From an uncultured Bacteroidota bacterium (GTDB taxonomy: Bacteria; Bacteroidota; Bacteroidia; JADZBD01), in NCBI GenBank assembly GCA_937924855.1, contig CALEYQ010000043.1:2263-66262 (forward strand): a DNA stretch of 64,000 nucleotides, read 5' to 3'. The translations under genes and the position numbers were made by a program. The notes under the pieces are model-generated. The model was not told where the DNA came from. It did not search any database and saw only the letters and a list, made by a program, of their open reading frames with translations. Below are positions 36,124 through 44,623 of the stretch, in pieces (the first letter of the stretch is position 1; the number at the start of each line of letters is the position of its first letter).

Positions 36124-37080
36124 ATGAGATTTTTCAATCAAATTAATCCCGGAACTTTGGTTTTGGGATTTTTTTTGTTCCCCGGATTTTGGGGATTTGC
36201 CGGAGGAGAGACAAATAAAATTACGGCCTCACCGGAAAAATTATTGGAACATGTTAGTTCGTTGTCCTCTATTTCGCCCGGAAGAAATTTTGAAAATCCC
36301 GGGCAACTTGAGAAGGCAGCAACCTATATCGAAGCCCAGTTGCTTTCATACGGTTTGAACCCCGAAAATCAAACGTTTCTTGTAGAGGGGAAAGTATTCC
36401 GGAACATTGTTGTAAGATTTGGAAAAAAAGAAGGGAAGCTCCTTGTTATTGGCGCCCATTACGACACCTGCGGGGAGCAGCCCGGGGCCGATGATAACGC
36501 TTCGGGTGTTGCCGGACTTCTTGAAATCTCCGCTTTGCTTGCCAAACTTCCTCAGCAAGAACTTGCGCCTGTAGAACTGGTTTTTTACACGCTGGAAGAG
36601 CCTCCAAATTTCAGAACAAGCAACATGGGAAGCTATGTGCATGCCGCCTCGCTTGCCGCAAAAGGAATAAAAATCAGGGGAATGATATCCCTGGAAATGA
36701 TTGGATATTTTACCGAGGAAAAGGGCTCCCAAAAATTTCCCCTCCGCGTTCTGAAATTATTTTATCCTTCGCGGGGTAATTTCATTGCTTTTGTTGGGAA
36801 AACAGGGCAGGGACATTTTGTAAGAAGAGCCAAACGAAAAATGAGAGGTCCCTGTCCGGTTAGCATCTGCACGATCAATGCCCCCTCCAAAATTCCGGGA
36901 ATTGATTTTTCCGATCATCTTAATTATTGGAAATTCGGATATAAAGCCATGATGATAACCGATACCAGCTTTTACCGGAATTTTGAATATCATAAAAACG
37001 GCGACACCCCCGAGAGATTGGATTATAAAAAGATGGCCGGCGTTGTTGAGGGAGTGATTCAATACATTTTAAAAACCTAA
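36124..37080 (+). CDS. M28 family metallopeptidase
   Basis: The start was moved to MRFFNQINPGT (signal/TM). GAHYDTCGEQPGADDNASGVAGLLEI and LEEPP are present. Confidence 0.8.
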   Translation: MRFFNQINPGTLVLGFFLFPGFWGFAGGETNKITASPEKLLEHVSSLSSISPGRNFENPGQLEKAATYIEAQLLSYGLNPENQTFLVEGKVFRNIVVRFGKKEGKLLVIGAHYDTCGEQPGADDNASGVAGLLEISALLAKLPQQELAPVELVFYTLEEPPNFRTSNMGSYVHAASLAAKGIKIRGMISLEMIGYFTEEKGSQKFPLRVLKLFYPSRGNFIAFVGKTGQGHFVRRAKRKMRGPCPVSICTINAPSKIPGIDFSDHLNYWKFGYKAMMITDTSFYRNFEYHKNGDTPERLDYKKMAGVVEGVIQYILKT

Positions 37081-37084
37081 GGAA

Positions 37085-37438
37085 ATGATCAAAGGCGTTC
37101 ACACTATGTTTTACACTTCCGACCCGGAAGGCTTAAGAGCTTTTTTCCGCGACAAGCTTGGGTTTCCCTTTGTCGATGTAGGTGATAATTGGTTAATTTT
37201 TGATTTGCCTGAGGCCGACCTGGGTTGTCACCCCGCATCAAATACGGCCGGAGAAACAAACGGAACACCGAGCATTTCTTTTTATTGTGAGGATATAGAA
37301 TCCACCATGAAAGAGTTAAAAGAAAAAGGAGTTGAGTTTACCGGCCTGCCCGAAAACCACGGTTACGGCCTCGTAACCCATATGAAAGCGCCCGGGGGAT
37401 TGATGATTCAACTATACCAAGCCCTTTATAAAAAATAG
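37085..37438 (+). CDS. VOC (glyoxalase/bleomycin-resistance fold) family protein
   Basis: 117 aa. The sequence includes MFYTSDPEGLRAFFRDKLGF, and its size is typical of single-module VOC proteins. Confidence 0.6.
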   Translation: MIKGVHTMFYTSDPEGLRAFFRDKLGFPFVDVGDNWLIFDLPEADLGCHPASNTAGETNGTPSISFYCEDIESTMKELKEKGVEFTGLPENHGYGLVTHMKAPGGLMIQLYQALYKK

Positions 37439-37623
37439 TGCTCTTTCTTCTCTGTTTTGGCGAATTATGCCAAAAACTGGGCCAAAGAGATTTGGTTCAG
37501 GCAATTTTTGCCAAATCATTTTACTTCCAAACCCCCTTTTGCATCCTTTAGTTCGGTTTTCATTTCATTGGCAGCAATCCGTTTTATTCTGTATTGGAAC
37601 CGCGCTTTCTTTGAAAATAAAAA

Positions 37624-38202
37624 ATGGAAGCGATTACCAAAAACACAAAAGGTCTTGCCCTTGATATTTTAACAGAAGCTTTTGAAGAAAACCCTAATTT
37701 GAACTGGCTAATCCGAAAGGGAGGGAGCCGTAAAGAAAACATCCGCATAATTTGCGCCCATTGTCTTGATCTTGCCATGCTAAAAAAAGGAGCCTATATT
37801 TCAAACAACGGGCAGGGTGTGGCCCTTGTGTATAAAAGCACAGCTGTTGCTCCTTTGCTTCCGGCTCTTCCGGTTCATGTAAGGCTTGCAATAAGAGGGA
37901 TTGGATTATCACGGGTTCCTCTGGTTGTTTTGCGTCGTTGGGAGGTTTCGAAATTACGGCCGAAAGAAGAGCATTTGTATGTTCAAATGCTGGCTGTTTC
38001 AAAATCTTCCCGATCCATGGCAGCCGCTATCGATTTAAGAGACGGCATTTATGCCTTAAGCAAAGAGCTAAACCTTCCTTTATATGCCGAAACCTCGCTT
38101 GAGCAAAACAAAAAGGTTTTTGAGCGCTATGGATTTCACCAATATCAGGTATTTCAGCCCCAAAAGGCCGGATTTACCTTGTGGTTTCTGAAAAAGCCCT
38201 GA
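37624..38202 (+). CDS. GNAT-like N-acetyltransferase (tentative)
   Basis: 192 aa. LYVQMLAVSKSSRSMAAAIDL...LPLYAETSLEQNKKVFERYGF resembles an acetyl-CoA-binding core. Confidence 0.5.
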   Translation: MEAITKNTKGLALDILTEAFEENPNLNWLIRKGGSRKENIRIICAHCLDLAMLKKGAYISNNGQGVALVYKSTAVAPLLPALPVHVRLAIRGIGLSRVPLVVLRRWEVSKLRPKEEHLYVQMLAVSKSSRSMAAAIDLRDGIYALSKELNLPLYAETSLEQNKKVFERYGFHQYQVFQPQKAGFTLWFLKKP

Positions 38203-38445
38203 AACGAAAATCCCAGAAAGAATGACCTAATCCTTGCCCATTTTCATTCGCCTTTCTTTCAGAAAAAAACACGGTGTTGGTAGCTAAAAGAAGAAAGGAA
38301 GGGGCTTTTAGAAAACGAATATTCGTGCCCTGCCCTGCCTTAGCGCAGGAATCCAGCCCAAGGCCAAAACCCTGAAAACCAGCTATGTTTTTCTGCAATC
38401 TCCTGTTATTTGTATTATTAAATCTTCATTAATAATGTACTGGTC

Positions 38446-38477
38446 TTGACGAAGGCCCGTCAGATTGTGTAAATTTG
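38446..38477 (+). promoter_or_regulatory. Candidate Bacteroidota promoter: -33 TTG, 21-nt spacer, -7 TAAATTTG
   Basis: TTG at 38446..38448 and TAAATTTG at 38470..38477, 10 nt before ATG 38488. Confidence 0.45.
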
Positions 38478-38487
38478 CCGGGATTTA

Positions 38488-38853
38488 ATGAAAACATTGA
38501 AAAATAAACTTCGCTTTTTTACCTTGTTTTTTAAAACAGGCCTGTTGTGCTTTTTGATGCTTGGCTTTTCTCCGGGGCTGTTTTCTTTTTCTAAGTCCCC
38601 AAAGCCAATAGCGGTATTCGTGCCTTACGACTCCTCTTCCTCCAACCAGGAACTACCTGCTGATTCTTTTCCCCTTGAGTCTGAAGAAGGGAAAAATTGC
38701 GAGGAGTCTGAAACTGCTGGAGAGGCTTTTTGTCTTCCGCTAAATCAACGCTTCTTTCTCCCCTTGGCAAGTTTTTTTGCGGGGGATTTCTCATTGGGAC
38801 TGATTTCCTTCTCCCTGGAAATTCACAGCCCCCCTCCTGAGTTCGTTCTGTAG
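38488..38853 (+). CDS. Hypothetical small secreted/membrane protein with an acidic centre
   Basis: 121 aa. There is an N-terminal hydrophobic signal (LLCFLMLGFSPGLFSFS), an acidic stretch (ELPADSFPLESEEGKNCEESETAGE) and a hydrophobic C-terminus. No family recognised. Confidence 0.4.
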   Translation: MKTLKNKLRFFTLFFKTGLLCFLMLGFSPGLFSFSKSPKPIAVFVPYDSSSSNQELPADSFPLESEEGKNCEESETAGEAFCLPLNQRFFLPLASFFAGDFSLGLISFSLEIHSPPPEFVL

Positions 38854-38859
38854 TCTGTT

Positions 38860-38884
38860 GCTTTGGTTCTCAAAGCCCTTTTTT
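38860..38884 (+). terminator. Weak candidate terminator
   Basis: GCTTTG-GTTCT-CAAAGC, then CC TTTTTT, directly after the small ORF's stop codon. Confidence 0.35.
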
Positions 38885-38930
38885 CCTTTTTGGGATAATA
38901 ACCCCTTTTGTCTAATTTATTTTATTTGAA

Positions 38931-40490
38931 ATGAAATCGATTTTTAATGAATGGAAACACGACTTGCCCGCAAGTATCGTGGTGTTTTTTGTGGCGGTTC
39001 CCCTCTGTCTGGGAATTGCACTGGCCTCCGGCGCTCCTCTTTTTAGTGGAATTATCGCCGGTATTGTGGGCGGTATTGTTGTGGGAATTTCGTCCGGCTC
39101 CCCCCTGGGTGTTAGTGGACCCGCTGCCGGACTGGCGGTAATTGTTCTGTCTGCCATTGCTACTCTGGGTGGAAGCTATGAAGCCTTCCTGGCCGCTGTG
39201 GTAATTGCCGGGATTCTCCAGTTAATAATGGGCTATCTGAAGCTCGGAATTATTGCCTACTATTTCCCGTCCTCGGTAATTAAGGGGATGCTTACAGGCA
39301 TTGGGCTTATTATTATCCTTAAACAAATTCCCCACGCTTTTGGGTACGATGCCGATTTTGAAGGTGATTTGTCTTTTGTTCAGCCTGATGGCCAGACTTC
39401 ATTTTCCGAGCTTTCGCACATGCTCAACTACATAACTCCCGGAGCCATAATTGTTACCCTGGTTTCCATGTTTATCCTTTTGCTTTGGGAATTGGTTTTG
39501 ATGAACAAGCACAAATTTTTCAAAGTTGTGCCGGGGCCTCTTGTTGCTGTTGGTGCCGGAATCCTGCTAAATTACTTTTATAAGTCGGGAGCTCTTCCCT
39601 ATTCACTTAAAGATACCCAGGTAGTAAGAATTCCTGTTTCAGGATCTATAGGAGAGTTTTTCGGGCAATTTACATTTCCTGACTTCTCTCTGTCGGTTCT
39701 TGCCAACCCTAACGTATATATTGTTGCGCTGGTGATGGCCGTGATTGCCTCGCTTGAAACACTTCTCTGTGTGGAAGCGACTGACAAAATGGATCCTCAA
39801 AAAAGGGTGACTCCTGTGAATAAAGAACTCAAAGCACAGGGTCTGGGAAATCTGGTTTCCGGATTAATTGGGGGCTTGCCCGTTACCCAGGTAATTGTAA
39901 GAAGTACGGCAAATATTACCTTCGGAGGCCGGACAAAATTATCTGCTATTCTGCACGGCTTTTTTCTCCTGATTTGTGCCATTCTGATTCCGAACATTTT
40001 GAACATGATCCCTTTGGCAACCCTCGCAGCAATTCTTTTTGTTGTGGGATACAAACTTGCCAAGCCGGCCATTTTCAAAGCTGTTTTTAAATTGGGCTGG
40101 GAGCAATATGTTCCCTTTATGGCAACCATTATCGGAATTCTCTTCACAGACCTGTTAAAAGGAATTGGCATCGGGATGGCCGTAGCGGTATTTATTATCC
40201 TGCGCCATAATTATAAAAATCCTTTTTATTTCCTAAAAAGTGCCGACACCGAAAAAAACGAGTTTCGTATCCAGCTTGCTGAGGAAGTATCCTTCCTAAA
40301 CAAAGGCAGCATTCTTCAATTGCTGAACAACCTTCCAAACGATTCTCATGTAGTTATTGATGGCTCAAAATCAAAGGTAATTGATTATGACGCCCTCGAA
40401 GTAATAGAGAATTTTGTTGCGGGCTCCAAGCTGCGGAACATTTCGGTAGAATTAATTAACTTAAAAACCAAACAAAACACAACACTATGA
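38931..40490 (+). CDS. SulP family anion (bicarbonate/sulfate) transporter with C-terminal STAS domain
   Basis: 519 aa. The N-terminus DLPASIVVFFVAVPLCLGIALASGAP is typical of SulP, and there are ~11 TM helices. The C-terminal region EFRIQLAEEVSFLNKGSILQLLN..VVIDGSKSKVIDYDALEVIENF is STAS-like. Confidence 0.88.
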   Translation: MKSIFNEWKHDLPASIVVFFVAVPLCLGIALASGAPLFSGIIAGIVGGIVVGISSGSPLGVSGPAAGLAVIVLSAIATLGGSYEAFLAAVVIAGILQLIMGYLKLGIIAYYFPSSVIKGMLTGIGLIIILKQIPHAFGYDADFEGDLSFVQPDGQTSFSELSHMLNYITPGAIIVTLVSMFILLLWELVLMNKHKFFKVVPGPLVAVGAGILLNYFYKSGALPYSLKDTQVVRIPVSGSIGEFFGQFTFPDFSLSVLANPNVYIVALVMAVIASLETLLCVEATDKMDPQKRVTPVNKELKAQGLGNLVSGLIGGLPVTQVIVRSTANITFGGRTKLSAILHGFFLLICAILIPNILNMIPLATLAAILFVVGYKLAKPAIFKAVFKLGWEQYVPFMATIIGILFTDLLKGIGIGMAVAVFIILRHNYKNPFYFLKSADTEKNEFRIQLAEEVSFLNKGSILQLLNNLPNDSHVVIDGSKSKVIDYDALEVIENFVAGSKLRNISVELINLKTKQNTTL

Positions 40491-41167
40491 GAACAATGAC
40501 TTCGGATGATTTGAAAACCCTTTCCCCGGACGGGGCTTTAAAAATATTGATGGACGGCAACCTTCGGTTTGTTAAAAATCTGAAAGCCAACCGAAACCTG
40601 TTGCAACAGGTAAACGAAACTTCGAACGGACAAAATCCTTTCGCCTTTGTGTTAAGCTGCATCGACTCCCGCACCTCGGCAGAATTAATTTTTGATCAGG
40701 GCCTGGGTGACATTTTCAGTTGTCGCATTGCCGGAAATATTCTCAATGAAGATATTTTAGGAAGCATGGAGTTTGCCACTAAGGTGGTAGGTTCAAAGAT
40801 CGTAGTTGTTCTGGGGCACACCAAATGCGGAGCCGTAAAAGGCGCGTGCGATGATGTGAAAATGGGAAATCTGACTGTTTTGCTTGACAAAATAAAGCCG
40901 GCAGTAAGTGCCGAAAAAACAGAATCCAAAGACCGCTCTTCCAAAAATGGGGTTTTTGTAGAAAAGGTTGCCGAGCTAAACGTTCACCTTGCCATTCAGG
41001 ACATTTTGAAAAGAAGCCCTGTTGTTGCCGAACTGGTTAAAGAAAAGAAAATTGCCATTGTGGGTGGAATGTATGATGTGGAAAGTGGCAAAGTAACTTT
41101 TTATGAAGACGGAATAAATGTTTCGCTTGACGCCATCAAGGCACATAATAAAGCCATTCCTGCTTAA
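40487..41167 (+). CDS. can: Beta-class carbonic anhydrase
   Basis: SCIDSR, FSCRIAGN and GHTKCGAV supply the zinc ligands. The ATGA start/stop overlaps the SulP gene. Confidence 0.9.
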   Translation: MRTMTSDDLKTLSPDGALKILMDGNLRFVKNLKANRNLLQQVNETSNGQNPFAFVLSCIDSRTSAELIFDQGLGDIFSCRIAGNILNEDILGSMEFATKVVGSKIVVVLGHTKCGAVKGACDDVKMGNLTVLLDKIKPAVSAEKTESKDRSSKNGVFVEKVAELNVHLAIQDILKRSPVVAELVKEKKIAIVGGMYDVESGKVTFYEDGINVSLDAIKAHNKAIPA

Positions 41168-41170
41168 AAC

Positions 41171-41203
41171 AAAAACCCCCGGCGAAACCGGGGGTTTTTT
41201 TTT
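41171..41203. terminator. Bidirectional Rho-independent terminator between convergent can and yebC-like genes
   Basis: A5-CCCCCGG-CGAAA-CCGGGGG-T9. The T-run overlaps the stop codon of 41202..41918. Confidence 0.85.
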
Positions 41204-41918
41204 AGTCTTCTTTCAGATTGTGATAAACGGCCTGAACATCTTCGTCTTCTTCTATCTTCTCCACCAAATCCAACACTTCCTTTTTCTGGTCGGGGCCTAA
41301 CTCAGCCAGCGTATTGGGTATTCGCTGCATATCAGAGCTTAAAACTTCCAGACCCTTTTCCTCTAATGCTTTCTGCATGGCTCCAAAATCAGTGAATCCG
41401 CAATAAATAATTATTCCGTCCTCGTCTTCCGCAACTTCTTGCAATCCGAAATCTATTAATTCAAGCTCCAGCTCTTCAAGATTCACTCCGGATGGTTTCG
41501 CAATTTTAAAAACCCCCATGCGTTCAAATAAAAAATCAAGTGATCCGGTTTTTCCCAGAGCACCGTTAGCCCTGTTAAAATAAAGCCGGATATTGGCCAC
41601 GGTGCGGGTAGGATTATCGGTGGCAGTTTCCACTACAATGGGAACCCCGTGAGGGCCATAGCCCTCATACACCAGCTCCTGAAAATCCTGTTGGTTCTTC
41701 TCGGTGGCCCGTTTTATGGCAGAGTCAATGTTTGCCTTGGGCATATTCACCGACTTTGCATTTTGAATGGCGGCCCTCAGTCGGGGATTAGTTTCGGGAT
41801 TAGGTCCGCCCGATTTGGCTGCGATGCTTATTTCCTTGCCAATACGCGTAAAGGCTTTGGCCATTTTCGCCCATCGGGCAAACATCCGGCCTTTTCGTTT
41901 CTCAAAAATGCGTCCCAT
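41202..41918 (-). CDS. yebC: YebC/PmpR family DNA-binding transcriptional regulator
   Basis: MGRIFEKRKGRMFARWAKMAKAFTRIGKEI, and family-typical blocks run throughout the 238 aa. Confidence 0.9.
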   Translation of the reverse strand: MGRIFEKRKGRMFARWAKMAKAFTRIGKEISIAAKSGGPNPETNPRLRAAIQNAKSVNMPKANIDSAIKRATEKNQQDFQELVYEGYGPHGVPIVVETATDNPTRTVANIRLYFNRANGALGKTGSLDFLFERMGVFKIAKPSGVNLEELELELIDFGLQEVAEDEDGIIIYCGFTDFGAMQKALEEKGLEVLSSDMQRIPNTLAELGPDQKKEVLDLVEKIEEDEDVQAVYHNLKED

Positions 41919-41939
41919 GGTGTTGAGGTTGATTCAGCA

Positions 41940-41947
41940 CAAAAATA
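41940..41947 (-). promoter_or_regulatory. Candidate -7 box (TATTTTTG on the minus strand)
   Basis: Plus-strand CAAAAATA lies 21 nt upstream of the ATG at 41918. Confidence 0.35.
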
Positions 41948-41995
41948 AAGAAATGCATCAGACAGGATTTCAAAAATGCTTCGTAATTTTAGTTT

Positions 41996-42580
41996 ATGCG
42001 GATTCCCCTCCTGCTTTTACTTGCCCTGGCCTTTTCCCGGTGTGCCTCTCCTCCCTCCCCGGAAAATCTGCCCCAGGAAAATTCCGAGCGCTCTGGTGCT
42101 CCACCAGAAGAAAGCCAACTCCTGGTTTCTCCGCTAATTCGCGACTTAATAACTATTGCCAAAAAAAAGGGTTATTTTGTTTTAGGCGACACCTTTTCAT
42201 TCCCTGGCCCCAATAATCGCTTCAGCCTTGTTAATCCCGATGCGTTCCTTGGAGAAAAAGAGTGGGTTTTAATGCAACAGGGGGCTTCGGCCAAAACCGT
42301 TTTCGGAAAACGCAACAGTCGGGGGGATACGGTAAAAATTTCTCTGGAAGAGTTCCGGTTTCTTTCTTATCAGGATGCGAACCGGGTTCAAAGCGCTCTT
42401 TTTGGTCCTGTTAGTTCTCCCTCCGAAAACCGCTTTCTTTCCCGACCTTTTATTTTGTGGATTCATGAGTCTTCCCTGTTTCATATTTTCACCCCTGATG
42501 AATCCGGGCGTGAAGCTATGGATTCTCTTCAGAAGCTTCTGGTGGAGATACAGTCGCCTGAATTGCCTGAAAATCCCTAA
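41996..42580 (+). CDS. Hypothetical lipoprotein
   Basis: 194 aa with signal plus lipobox MRIPLLLLLALAFSRC. No family recognised. Confidence 0.45.
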   Translation: MRIPLLLLLALAFSRCASPPSPENLPQENSERSGAPPEESQLLVSPLIRDLITIAKKKGYFVLGDTFSFPGPNNRFSLVNPDAFLGEKEWVLMQQGASAKTVFGKRNSRGDTVKISLEEFRFLSYQDANRVQSALFGPVSSPSENRFLSRPFILWIHESSLFHIFTPDESGREAMDSLQKLLVEIQSPELPENP

Positions 42581-42597
42581 TTTGCCTGCTGAAGTTT

Positions 42598-44619
42598 ATG
42601 GGAAAGGATAAAAAAAACAAAAAGGATTCCAAGCAGAGCAGGCCGGCTTCCGGGAACAAATCCGATGGTAACCAGCCCTCCTCCCGCCTCAGAAACAGAT
42701 TTCTCGGGATCATTCTTTTGGCTACTTTTTTGGTTTATCTGCCGGTTTTTTCTCCCGATAAAACATTTACAAACTGGGACGATCCCGGTTATGTCACTGA
42801 GCAGGTTCTGGTAAAAGATTTCAACTCAAAACGGATAAAAGAGTTGTTCAATCCCGCCACCCATGTAATGCTAAATTATCATCCGCTTACCATGCTTTCG
42901 CTCGCGCTTGATTACAAACTAGGGTACGATAAAAAAACGGGGAAGCTGAGCATCCGCCCCTTTGTAATTTCCAATTTACTGTTTCATCTAATTAATGCAG
43001 GGCTTGTATTTGCCTTTGTGTTGCTTCTGCTTGACAATAAACTTTGGGCGGCGACGCTCGCCGGTCTTTGGTTTGGAATTCATCCCATGCATGTGGAATC
43101 CGTTGCCTGGATTTCGGAGCGAAAAGATGTGCTCTATGGTTTTTTCTTTTTTGCCGGTCTTATTTCTTATCTGATTTATTTAAAGCAAAACAAAACCAAA
43201 TTTCTGATTTTTTCTTTCCTCCTTTTCACGGCAAGCTGTCTCAGCAAAGCAATGGCAACGCCATTTCCGGTAGTCCTGTTGCTGATTGATTGGTTTAGAG
43301 GCAGAAAATTTACAACGAGGGTATGGATGGAAAAAATTCCCTTTTTCCTGCTTTCCCTTTTGATTGGGTATAATGCTGTGCTGATTCAAAGCAGGGAGGC
43401 CATTGCCGACTTCGAAATCTTTTCTCTGGGTCAACGCTTTATGTTTGCTTCCTATGGATTTGTAATGTATGTAGTAAAGCTGTTCCTTCCGCTTGGACTT
43501 TCCGCATTTTATCCTTATCCCAGCCTGACTGAGTCGGGGAACGTGCCCGCACTATTTATGTTAATGCCCATATTGGCCATGGCACTTCTGGCGGTTCCCA
43601 TCCTTATATTCAAAAAAAACAATACTCCCCTCTCCCGCTCTCTTGTGTTTGGTTCGCTTTTTTACTTTTTTATGGTGGCCCTGGTACTTCAGTTTGTTTC
43701 CGTCGGACAGGCAATAATGGCCGATCGGTATTCCTATATTCCATATGTTGGCTTGTTTATCCCCCTTGGAATTCTTCTGGAACGATATGCAAAAGACCAA
43801 TCACGCAAAACCGCCCTTGGTCTTTTTGTGTGCCTTTCCCTGGTCTTTGCCTGGATTTCCTACAAGCGCATTCCCGTCTGGAACAACAGCAGGGATTTGT
43901 GGACCGACGTAATTGAGAAGTATCCGTTTGAAATTGAGCAAGCCGGAAACGTTGTTAAAGTGGTAAAGCGTGGTTTTGAAACCGCTTACAAAAACCGGGG
44001 CAACTGGTATGCCGATCAGCAAATGTATGATTCAGCCTTTGCCGACTATACCGTCCTCTCCCGTGCCGGAACAAAGGATGCCGGTGTTTGGAGTAATCTG
44101 GGTAATGTATATGCCCTGAAAAACGATTTTCAAAATTCCCTGATGGCTTATTCAAAAGCCATAGAATACAACCCAAAAAATCTTCAAACCTATTTAAACA
44201 GGGGGCTAACCTACGCCAACATGGGAAGATATGCTGAGGCCATTGATGATATGAACCTTGCGCTGGGTCTGGATCCCGGAAATGAGCAGGCCATAACTAT
44301 TATCTGTCGTTCTCTGCTGAATTCCGGAAGGTTCCCGGAAACCATAGAATCTTCAACCAAAAACATTGAGTTGTTTCCCGGCAATGCCGAGCTATGGTTT
44401 TACAGGGGCACCGCCTATATCAACACCGGTAATTTTCCTCAGGGGGTTTCGGACATTCAAAAGGCGATAACACTTAATCCAAATTCAGGTGCATATTACT
44501 ACAACCTGGCTTTCGGATATTTAAGGATGGGACAAAAAGAAAAGGCGCGGGAGCAGGCGGTTTTGGCACAAAAAGCAGGATTCCAGGTGCCTGTCGATTT
44601 TCTCAAACAACTTGAATAA
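42598..44619 (+). CDS. TMTC-like membrane protein: GT-C-type polytopic N-terminal domain fused to C-terminal TPR repeats
   Basis: 673 aa with ~10 TM helices. HPMHVESVAWISERKDVLYGFFF is the DUF1736-type motif. At least six C-terminal TPR units are visible (e.g. NLGNVYALKNDFQNSLMAYSKAIEYNPKN). Confidence 0.7.
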   Translation: MGKDKKNKKDSKQSRPASGNKSDGNQPSSRLRNRFLGIILLATFLVYLPVFSPDKTFTNWDDPGYVTEQVLVKDFNSKRIKELFNPATHVMLNYHPLTMLSLALDYKLGYDKKTGKLSIRPFVISNLLFHLINAGLVFAFVLLLLDNKLWAATLAGLWFGIHPMHVESVAWISERKDVLYGFFFFAGLISYLIYLKQNKTKFLIFSFLLFTASCLSKAMATPFPVVLLLIDWFRGRKFTTRVWMEKIPFFLLSLLIGYNAVLIQSREAIADFEIFSLGQRFMFASYGFVMYVVKLFLPLGLSAFYPYPSLTESGNVPALFMLMPILAMALLAVPILIFKKNNTPLSRSLVFGSLFYFFMVALVLQFVSVGQAIMADRYSYIPYVGLFIPLGILLERYAKDQSRKTALGLFVCLSLVFAWISYKRIPVWNNSRDLWTDVIEKYPFEIEQAGNVVKVVKRGFETAYKNRGNWYADQQMYDSAFADYTVLSRAGTKDAGVWSNLGNVYALKNDFQNSLMAYSKAIEYNPKNLQTYLNRGLTYANMGRYAEAIDDMNLALGLDPGNEQAITIICRSLLNSGRFPETIESSTKNIELFPGNAELWFYRGTAYINTGNFPQGVSDIQKAITLNPNSGAYYYNLAFGYLRMGQKEKAREQAVLAQKAGFQVPVDFLKQLE

Positions 44620-44623
44620 AAAA

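Noticed and set aside
37457-37672. Two overlapping small ORFs (71 and 65 aa) in the spacer before the GNAT-like gene.
   Set aside because: One relies on a TTG start and both run into the GNAT gene in other frames. Neither has a recognisable feature. The region is better described by its TTGGC/GCCAA half-site cluster.
34631-41203. Two very similar terminators, A5-CCCCCGGC(A/G)A..CCGGGG-T8-9 at 34631..34655 and 41171..41203, considered as a dispersed REP-like repeat family.
   Set aside because: The similarity is limited to a generic GC-rich stem flanked by A and T runs. There are only two copies, each exactly where a terminator is expected.
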